Source of the DNA: an uncultured Candidatus Peribacteria bacterium
GTDB taxonomy: Bacteria > Patescibacteriota > Gracilibacteria > UBA1369 > 2-02-FULL-48-14
Direction: 5' to 3'
DNA: 64,000 bases
Assembly: GCA_964360635.1 (NCBI GenBank)
Contig: CAYHXO010000006.1
Span: forward strand, 438-64,437
Both the position numbers and the translations under genes were made by a program. This document shows, piece after piece, positions 37,043 through 44,102 of this stretch (its first letter is position 1; every line of letters begins with the position of its first letter). The notes beneath the pieces are model-generated. The model had not been told where the DNA came from. It ran no database searches and saw nothing but the letters and a program-made list of their open reading frames with translations.

Positions 37043-38211
37043 AATCCAAAATCCTTCAGAACATTCCGAAACTATATTTAATGCAGTTTTTTTCGGAGCT
37101 GATTTTCTTTATTCCTATAATGATCCCATTTTTTGGAGGGTTAGGATTTTCGATGAAAGAGATTTTGATGCTGGAAGGTGCTTTTGCCGCGATGTTGGTA
37201 CTTTTTGAAATTCCATCAGGATATTTTTCGGATAGAGTTGGTAGAAAAAAGACATTGATACTCGGTACATTAATTCAGCTGATTGGATTAATCTTATTTG
37301 TTTTCTCTAATGAGTATTTATGGTTTTTTATTGGCGAGTTAATAATTGGTATTGGTAGTAGTTTGGTTTCCGGAACTGTTGAGGCTTTGATTTTTGAAAG
37401 TCTTGCTGAGGCAAAACAAAGTTCAAAATATAAAAAAATCCAAGGAAATATTTTTTCATTTGCAAGAATCGGTTCGCTTTTCAGCAATATTTTAGGAGCA
37501 ATGTTGGCAATTATTTCAATCAGACTTCCTTTTCACTTAACTCTAATTACATGGACAATTTGGTTCTTAATTAATTTAACTTTAATTGAGCCAGAGAAAC
37601 ATGAGATGGAATCTGAGAAGTGGCAGCACTTTAAACGTATTTTTAGAGAAACTTTCGGCGGTAATAAAAAATTGGGATTATTCATTGTTTACTCATCAAT
37701 TCCATATGGTTTTTTCTTTATAACTTTCTGGCTTTATCAGAGATATATGGAGTTTATAGAATTGCCGATTTTTTATTTTGGATTCGTGATTGCAGCAATG
37801 AATATTGCGTCAATTATCGGTTCAAAATATGGTAAAGAGATTGAGGATTTTGTCGGCCAAAAACTTTGCATGATCTTACTACCTCTCGTTGCAGTTTTAG
37901 ATTGGATTTTGCTCGCGAATATTCAAACATTTTGGGCGATTCCTTTTTTAACAATTACAAGCCTGCTTTGGGGATTAACGATGCCATTATTTTATGACTA
38001 CATTCAACAAACAATAAGTAACGATAGACGAGCTACTGTTCTTTCAATTCGAAGCTTTTTCTCACGCGGAATTTATTTTGTATTCTCACCACTTTTAGGA
38101 ACCATAACGGATTTGTGGGGAATACAAGATGCACTATTAGCTTCTGCTATTTTGCTGTTTATTTTTAGCGGGGCGAGTTGGATTAGCCTAAGGAAAGTTG
38201 GGGTTTTATAA
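37033..38211 (+). CDS. MFS transporter
   Basis: About 12 hydrophobic segments. The MFS loop motif is GYFSDRVGRKKTLILG. Confidence 0.8.
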   Translation: MGMKSKILQNIPKLYLMQFFSELIFFIPIMIPFFGGLGFSMKEILMLEGAFAAMLVLFEIPSGYFSDRVGRKKTLILGTLIQLIGLILFVFSNEYLWFFIGELIIGIGSSLVSGTVEALIFESLAEAKQSSKYKKIQGNIFSFARIGSLFSNILGAMLAIISIRLPFHLTLITWTIWFLINLTLIEPEKHEMESEKWQHFKRIFRETFGGNKKLGLFIVYSSIPYGFFFITFWLYQRYMEFIELPIFYFGFVIAAMNIASIIGSKYGKEIEDFVGQKLCMILLPLVAVLDWILLANIQTFWAIPFLTITSLLWGLTMPLFYDYIQQTISNDRRATVLSIRSFFSRGIYFVFSPLLGTITDLWGIQDALLASAILLFIFSGASWISLRKVGVL

Positions 38212-38403
38212 GTCTGCATCTCTAAAAATCTGCTTTATTATTTTGGGATGTAGAGTTTTTGAGGTGTGAAATGGTATAGTTAAACGAATTCCGGATTCAT
38301 TTTTGTAGATTCTATGGCTTCCACTTTGTCGGATAAGTTTAAATCCACGCTTCTCGACCAAAGTAGCCAAATCCTTGGCATTTAATCTAGGTAATTTGAC
38401 CAT
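38206..38403 (-). CDS. hicA: HicA-family toxin (second copy)
   Basis: The start was trimmed to MVKLPRLNAKDLATLVEKRGFKLIRQSGSHRIYKN... The track start extends into hicB. Confidence 0.75.
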   Translation of the reverse strand: MVKLPRLNAKDLATLVEKRGFKLIRQSGSHRIYKNESGIRLTIPFHTSKTLHPKIIKQIFRDADL

Positions 38404-38405
38404 AA

Positions 38406-38654
38406 TTAAATGCTTACCTGAAGTGAAGTGACATTTATGGATTTGGGGCTTCTCCAAGTTTGCCCTTCCTCCATTCTGTCCTCAATGTGGAGTTTTATGA
38501 CATCTTTAATATTAAAAAGCGCCTGCTCATAAGTTTCGCCTTGAGTGTAACAGCCCTGTAACTGCGGACAGTAAGCAAAGAAACCACTATTGTCTTCTTC
38601 TATTATCACCGTAAAAAGTTGTTTCTTTTTCATGAAATCGATATATGTTTTCAT
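38406..38654 (-). CDS. hicB: HicB-family antitoxin (second copy)
   Basis: FTVIIEEDNSGFFAYCPQLQGCYTQGETYEQALFNIKDVIKLHIED is present. Confidence 0.7.
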   Translation of the reverse strand: MKTYIDFMKKKQLFTVIIEEDNSGFFAYCPQLQGCYTQGETYEQALFNIKDVIKLHIEDRMEEGQTWRSPKSINVTSLQVSI

Positions 38655-38693
38655 ATAGATTATATTATGGATTAAGTAATAAGGATAGCCTTC

Positions 38694-38722
38694 AAAACTG
38701 ACAAAGTCCTGAATAATTCCTG
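38694..38722 (+). repeat. Right copy of the ~29-bp imperfect direct repeat
   Basis: See the feature at 33135-33163. Confidence 0.7.
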
Positions 38723-38787
38723 AATTTTTCAGAAAGAACTTGACATATTAATCACAAAAAATGTTTAGCATAAAATTTACCTGAAAA

Positions 38788-38805
38788 AGTGTTCCCGGGA
38801 ACACT
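38788..38805 (-). terminator. Terminator of the purH-purP-purP operon
   Basis: A perfect 18-bp palindrome, AGTGTTCCCGGGAACACT, followed on the minus strand by TTTTT. It lies 26 nt past the purP stop codon. Confidence 0.6.
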
Positions 38806-38830
38806 TCTCAATCTATAAATTATAAAATAA

Positions 38831-39940
38831 TTAAGTCAGAATCTGGCTCAACTTCTTCGTCTTAATCGCCTCTTTAATTTCGATTGCGATTCTTTCACCG
38901 TAGCTCATTGGTTCGCCCCAGAGATAACTTGTGTAAGGTGTGAATTTTGTTCCTGGAGAACCTGGAATTCGCATTGAGACGTCGAAAATTACTAATTCTT
39001 CTCGGCCATTTTCAGAGGCAACGGCGCCTTGTAATGCGAAAGGACCGATTATGCCGGGCTTTGAGTGTTTCTGTGTGGCTGCAACGAATCTCTCACCAAT
39101 TTCATAGGCTTTTTCTACAAGTGATTCTTTGATTGTTACTGCGAAGTGACCGGTTTCAATCATGGTTGGGTTGTAGCCTGAGTTTAAAAGTTCTGATTGA
39201 ACATTTGAGTTTAGGCGAAGAAATCCATCAAGACTAGTTTGGCGTCGAGCATCAGTTCCCATTAATTCGAGTCGTTTTGAAAGTGGGGAATAGAAAAAGT
39301 TGAAGTTCACTTGAGCGCCAATTATGAATTCTTCGATTACTGCTTTTTCTAGCCCGGCTTTTGTGATTTGACCTTTTTTGATCATAGCAGATGATTTTTC
39401 TTCATAGTCTTTTTGGCTCACTGCAACAAAGAATGCGCGTTCGTAAGAACGAGTTGCTTCATTAACTTTCACAATGACAGGACGGTCAATTTTTGATGGA
39501 GAACTTATCATTTTTGGTATTCTTATTCCGGCTTGTTCAAGCAACCAGTACTGATTTTTTTCAACATCACGTTCTTCAAGACGAACCATATGACGAGTGC
39601 CGAAAATTGGAATTTCGAAGTTTTTTTCGATCTGGTCAAAGTCGCAATAAACCCAAAAATAACGATTGTGAATGAAAATTACATTTCGTTTTTTTAGTTC
39701 TTTTTGGACTTCTGGTTTTGTAATATCAGAAAATTTGTCTACTAAAATTACTTCATCAATGCAGCCTAGGCCATCACGAGTTTTGTAATATTCCGCGTAA
39801 GTTTTTTCACGACCTTTTTGGCAAACAGCGAGAGTTTTGAAGCCATGTTTTTTTGCTCCGGCGCAAACGTCTAGTGCGCTGTGACCTCCGAGAACTGCAA
39901 TTGTCACGTCCTTTGGAGTGATTTTATTGTTTGTTTTCAT
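38831..39940 (-). CDS. purP: PurP-family ATP-grasp enzyme (5-formaminoimidazole-4-carboxamide ribonucleotide synthetase-like), paralog 2
   Basis: 369 aa. VTIAVLGGHSALDVCAGAKKHGF, IFIHNRYFWVY and GPFALQG...LVIFDVSMRIPG are present. It is collinear with the adjacent paralog. Confidence 0.75.
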   Translation of the reverse strand: MKTNNKITPKDVTIAVLGGHSALDVCAGAKKHGFKTLAVCQKGREKTYAEYYKTRDGLGCIDEVILVDKFSDITKPEVQKELKKRNVIFIHNRYFWVYCDFDQIEKNFEIPIFGTRHMVRLEERDVEKNQYWLLEQAGIRIPKMISSPSKIDRPVIVKVNEATRSYERAFFVAVSQKDYEEKSSAMIKKGQITKAGLEKAVIEEFIIGAQVNFNFFYSPLSKRLELMGTDARRQTSLDGFLRLNSNVQSELLNSGYNPTMIETGHFAVTIKESLVEKAYEIGERFVAATQKHSKPGIIGPFALQGAVASENGREELVIFDVSMRIPGSPGTKFTPYTSYLWGEPMSYGERIAIEIKEAIKTKKLSQILT

Positions 39941-40965
39941 CCTAGAATATCTTGTAAACGGCCAGATTGAATTGCTGTTTTAATTTCGCGAGCTACACGA
40001 CGACCAGTAGACATTGGCTCGTTATATTTTAACCAAGTATATGGTGAACCATTTGTGTAAGGATTTGTTCCTGCGACAATTCTTGCAGATATTTCGAAAA
40101 CACGGAAATTTAAATTTGGATCAATAATTCCTTCGAGACAGAAAGGACCGTAAAGACCCTTTGGAACTCCGTCGAGTTTTTTTGAAGCCGCAACAACATC
40201 TTCACCAATTTTGAAAAACATCGGCAACATTGATTCACGCACAACAATCGGAATATTTCCTGTGATTGTGTAACTGGTTTGAATTCCGGCATCGAGCTGA
40301 TCTTTGGCGGCAATTCGACCGATTGAGTCTGCGTTTGATTCATAACGTTTATCGAAGCTCATGATTTCAAGTTCACCTGTGAGTGCCGATTGAAAGTAAT
40401 GAACATACATAGGAACTCCAACAATATATTCTTGAATAACATAATCATCAGGATCTTTAAATTTTTTAATTCTTTCGTAGAATTCTTCAGTTGAATTTGC
40501 AATAAAATAACCGAAGCCACCTTTTGCTCCGTGGAATTTCACGATTGCCGGACCGTCAATTTCTTCCGGAGTTTTATAAATTTTAGGCAGATTTAAACCC
40601 GCATCTTGAAGCCAAACTCTTTCCATTGATCGGTCTGATTCCCAGATCAAAATTCCTTTTGATCCGTAGTGCATTGCCTTTAGCGAATCTTTGATTTTCT
40701 GAGGACCAAGATAACTAACAAAACTTCCGTGCGGAATTACGATTGCATTTTTTCCCATCAGAATTTTCTCGATTTCAAAAAAATTCTCGAAAGAATCTAT
40801 TTCGATTATTTCATCGGCTACTCCATAACTATCGTATGGTTTGCGCGTTTCTTTAGTACAAATCGCTATTGCCTTCATGCCTTCATCACGAGCACCCTTG
40901 AGGATTTGGAGAGCCGTGTGGCTCCCTAGTGTGGCTATCGCAAAATCTTTAATATCGTTGCTCAT
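39937..40965 (-). CDS. purP: PurP (archaeal-type, formate/ATP-dependent FAICAR synthetase), paralog 1
   Basis: 342 aa. IATLGSHTALQILKGARDEGM, IVIPHGSFVSY, VKFHGAKGGFGYFIANSTEEFY, DKRYESN, ITGNIPIVVRESMLP and GPFCLEG...FEISARIVAGTN closely match my recollection of Methanocaldococcus PurP. Confidence 0.85.
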   Translation of the reverse strand: MSNDIKDFAIATLGSHTALQILKGARDEGMKAIAICTKETRKPYDSYGVADEIIEIDSFENFFEIEKILMGKNAIVIPHGSFVSYLGPQKIKDSLKAMHYGSKGILIWESDRSMERVWLQDAGLNLPKIYKTPEEIDGPAIVKFHGAKGGFGYFIANSTEEFYERIKKFKDPDDYVIQEYIVGVPMYVHYFQSALTGELEIMSFDKRYESNADSIGRIAAKDQLDAGIQTSYTITGNIPIVVRESMLPMFFKIGEDVVAASKKLDGVPKGLYGPFCLEGIIDPNLNFRVFEISARIVAGTNPYTNGSPYTWLKYNEPMSTGRRVAREIKTAIQSGRLQDILG

Positions 40966-41009
40966 TTGAGCTATTCTATCAATTTTTTGAGTTTTGTCGA
41001 GGGAAAATT

Positions 41010-42572
41010 TTAATGCCTAAAACTCCTTATTCCGGTTACCACCATCGCTATTCCAAGTTCATCAGCTTTTGCGATTACTTCCGCATCACGGATTGAACCA
41101 CCCGGTTGGATTATTGCCATGATTCCAGCGCTGTGGGCCTCTTCAACGCTGTCTGCAAACGGGAAAAATGCATCGGATGACATTACTGAACCCGGAATTC
41201 TGTCACCGCCTTTCATGCGGGCGAGCATAACTGCATCTACTCGAGACATTTGGCCGGCACCGATTCCGGTTGCAACACAGCCACCCTTTTCGTGAGTTTT
41301 TGCGAATACAACGGAGTTTGATTTTACGTGTTTAACAAGAACCCGAGCAAATAACATTGCCTCAATTTGATCTGCTGTCGCTTCTTTTTTTGTGACTGTT
41401 TTGAGATCTTTTTCAGTTACGATATATTGATCAGCTGTTTGTACAAGAATTCCACCGCTGACCGTTTTTATGTTTCTTTGATTTGGATTTTTTCGTAGTT
41501 CGCCGGTTTCAAGAAGTCGTAAGTTTTCTTTTTTTGACAAAATTTCGAGCGCGCCTTTTTCAAATTTTGTTGCCACAATTATTTCCACAAAAAGTTTGTG
41601 TTCTTGTATGTATTCCGCAATTTCTTTTGTACATTCACGGTTCAACGCAATCACGCAACCAAAAGCAGATTTTGGATCAACTTCGAATGCGAGAGTGAAA
41701 GCGTCGTTGATTTTTTCTGCAGTGGCACAACCACAAGGATTTGTATGTTTTATCACCGCAGCAGCTGCTTTATCAAAATCTTTCACAAGTTCTAATGCGG
41801 CATCTGTATCAATTATATTGTTGTAAGAAAGTTGTTTTCCTTGAAGTACTTTTGCGTTAGTTACATTTGGGAAATGATCTGTCGGATCACGGAAAAATGC
41901 AGCTTTTTGATGAGGATTTTCGCCGTAACGAAGACTCATTACTTTCTCATAATGAAGGTCGAGTAGTTCAACCGGCTCACCTTTATATCTCAAATACTCG
42001 GCAATTGCGGAATCATAATTTGAAGTTTTATCAAAGACTTCAATTGCGAGTTTTCTTCGTGTTGCCAATGTTATTCCATTAAATTTTTCGAGTTCTTCAA
42101 TAATTAATTTGTAATCATTTATTGCTGTGAGTGCGGTAACAAATTTGAAATTTTTTGCAGCAGAACGAAGCATTGCAGGACCGCCAATATCGATTTGTTC
42201 AATTGCTTCATCTTCAGTTGCACCTTCCTTAGCGATTGTTTCACGAAATGGGTACAGATTAATAACGACCATGTCGATTGGAAGAATTCCATTTTTCTCT
42301 GCTTCTACTTCGTCTAAACCTCTACGCTGTAAAATTCCTCCGTGAATTTTTGGGTGAAGTGTTTTTAATCGCCCACCCATCATTTCAGGAAATTCTGTGT
42401 AGTCAGAAACATCAGTCACTTCGAATCCGGCTTCTTTCAAGAATTTAGCAGTTCCACCGGTAGATAAAATTTCTGCACCATGAGCACGAAGTGCCTCAGC
42501 TAAAACACTAAGCTCAGATTTATCAGACACGCTGATTAAAACTCTAGCAATTTTTCTTGTATCTTCAGTCAT
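41010..42572 (-). CDS. purH: Bifunctional AICAR formyltransferase / IMP cyclohydrolase
   Basis: 520 aa. RVLISVSDKS (MGS-like), KTLHPKIHGGIL, KHTNPCG and IIQPGGSIRD are present. Confidence 0.95.
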   Translation of the reverse strand: MTEDTRKIARVLISVSDKSELSVLAEALRAHGAEILSTGGTAKFLKEAGFEVTDVSDYTEFPEMMGGRLKTLHPKIHGGILQRRGLDEVEAEKNGILPIDMVVINLYPFRETIAKEGATEDEAIEQIDIGGPAMLRSAAKNFKFVTALTAINDYKLIIEELEKFNGITLATRRKLAIEVFDKTSNYDSAIAEYLRYKGEPVELLDLHYEKVMSLRYGENPHQKAAFFRDPTDHFPNVTNAKVLQGKQLSYNNIIDTDAALELVKDFDKAAAAVIKHTNPCGCATAEKINDAFTLAFEVDPKSAFGCVIALNRECTKEIAEYIQEHKLFVEIIVATKFEKGALEILSKKENLRLLETGELRKNPNQRNIKTVSGGILVQTADQYIVTEKDLKTVTKKEATADQIEAMLFARVLVKHVKSNSVVFAKTHEKGGCVATGIGAGQMSRVDAVMLARMKGGDRIPGSVMSSDAFFPFADSVEEAHSAGIMAIIQPGGSIRDAEVIAKADELGIAMVVTGIRSFRH

Positions 42573-42652
42573 AATTTGGAAATCTTTGCGGCCCTTTTGG
42601 GCCTAATGCTTAGGCCTTCAGCCTAACTGCCCGGGAGACATTACACCTTATC

Positions 42653-42874
42653 TCATGGCAAATCAATACCCCCGCGCGACCAAGGATTACAACGAATAAC
42701 TCTCCAAATTCCCATTAAAATTCCCTTTATGTTGCCATGTTTTGTGATCGCTTCATGCGTGTAAGCACTACAGCTTGGCGTAAACTTGCAATAACCACCT
42801 GGAAAATAATGTCTCAGCCAAGAATGATCTGGTGAAAGTGTCTTTTGGTAAATACGAATTAGGAATCTTACCAT
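42653..42874 (-). CDS. yidD: Membrane protein insertion efficiency factor YidD
   Basis: 73 aa. YQKTLSP...CKFTPSCSAYTHEAI.KHG...G...RVIRCNPWSRGGIDLP is present. Confidence 0.85.
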   Translation of the reverse strand: MVRFLIRIYQKTLSPDHSWLRHYFPGGYCKFTPSCSAYTHEAITKHGNIKGILMGIWRVIRCNPWSRGGIDLP

Positions 42875-44061
42875 TTTGTTCCGTTACCCGTAAAATTTGA
42901 GCCTAATGCACTCGCAGGAAGCTTCTGACCTTTATATGAAACTTCAAAGTGAAGATGTATTCCGGTAGCACCTCGAACACGGCCGCTTTTTCCCATCTTT
43001 GCGATAACTTGTCCTTGTTTAACTGTATCTCCAACATTCACATAAAGTGCCTCAGCATGGGCATAAAGTGTCACATAACCATTTCCGTGATCAATAACAA
43101 TATGATTTCCATAACCACCACCGTAGTCACCTGAATGTGCTTTAACCACCGTGCCACCTGCCGCTGCAACAATTGCCGGCTGAGAACGATCTGCAATATC
43201 ATAAGCATAATGTCCGGAATGAAAACCTTGTGTCACAAGACCATGAGTAGGTAAAATCCACCCCTGAGGATTTGGCGGAATATCATATTGTAAGACAGTA
43301 GGTCTGATTGAAGATGTTCCAGATTTACCTGGCGAGCTTGCAATATATGTAACTTCAGGCTGACCATCTACAATTAGAAGATCAGTATCAGCAATTAATT
43401 CACCGTCCAAGCCATTAAATTCTTTGGTTTTATCAAGATTTCCTTTGTATTTTTCAATAAGTTTGGCAATTGAATCACCTGCTTTTGCCTTAACGTAATA
43501 ACCGTCTTTCGGTGGAATAGATAATTTTTGACCGATTTTGAGGTAATCGCCGCTTCCAATAGTAGGATTTGCATATTTAATTGTGCTACTTTTTAAACCA
43601 TATCTATATGCAATAACAGATAGAGTATCACCAGGCTGCACCTCATGTTCTACCTTATCGCTGCGATTTTGGCTAAAAAGGGCTTCACCTTCCAGTGGAG
43701 ACGATTTAACAATGTAGCCCTCTTCATCTGTTATTACATCGAACCCTTCCTCCAAACCAAGATTTTCATCAGTGTAATCAGCACCCTCATCATAGTTTGC
43801 GCTACTTATATTTACGGAAGTCATAACTAAAATAAGCATACTCCACGCAGTCACTGTCATATAAAGTCTTTTGGGAGCAGGCAGTCCATCAAGCGGATGC
43901 CTAAAAGACGGCAAAATTTTCCTTGAAGGAGTAATCAAATCCAAAACCTTCTTTATTGCTCTGATCAGGAGAAACCAAAGGTGGCCCAAACGGCTTTGAT
44001 AATGCCCTTCAAAGAGTTTTTTATGTCTCTCTTTTTTTGCATCTGAATTTATTTTGCTCAC
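42868..44061 (-). CDS. LysM-domain M23 metallopeptidase
   Basis: Two LysM-like units are present (HEVQPGDTLSVIAYRYGL and YVKAKAGDSIAKLIEKY). The M23 core is HSGHYAYDIA ... GYGNHIVIDHGNGYVTLYAH ... GIHLHFEV. Confidence 0.85.
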   Translation of the reverse strand: MSKINSDAKKERHKKLFEGHYQSRLGHLWFLLIRAIKKVLDLITPSRKILPSFRHPLDGLPAPKRLYMTVTAWSMLILVMTSVNISSANYDEGADYTDENLGLEEGFDVITDEEGYIVKSSPLEGEALFSQNRSDKVEHEVQPGDTLSVIAYRYGLKSSTIKYANPTIGSGDYLKIGQKLSIPPKDGYYVKAKAGDSIAKLIEKYKGNLDKTKEFNGLDGELIADTDLLIVDGQPEVTYIASSPGKSGTSSIRPTVLQYDIPPNPQGWILPTHGLVTQGFHSGHYAYDIADRSQPAIVAAAGGTVVKAHSGDYGGGYGNHIVIDHGNGYVTLYAHAEALYVNVGDTVKQGQVIAKMGKSGRVRGATGIHLHFEVSYKGQKLPASALGSNFTGNGTKW

Positions 44062-44102
44062 CGAGCCATTTTACTACTTTGTCTGTGATGGTCAATCCCC
44101 CC

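Noticed and set aside
42653-42740. UGGUCGCGCGGGGG within the yidD 3' end as the 5' subdomain of a ZTP riboswitch for purH
   Set aside because: This stretch encodes the highly conserved YidD C-terminus (NPWSRGGIDLP), so the resemblance to GGGUCGUG is explained by coding constraint. Only the downstream hairpins are reported, as a low-interest item.
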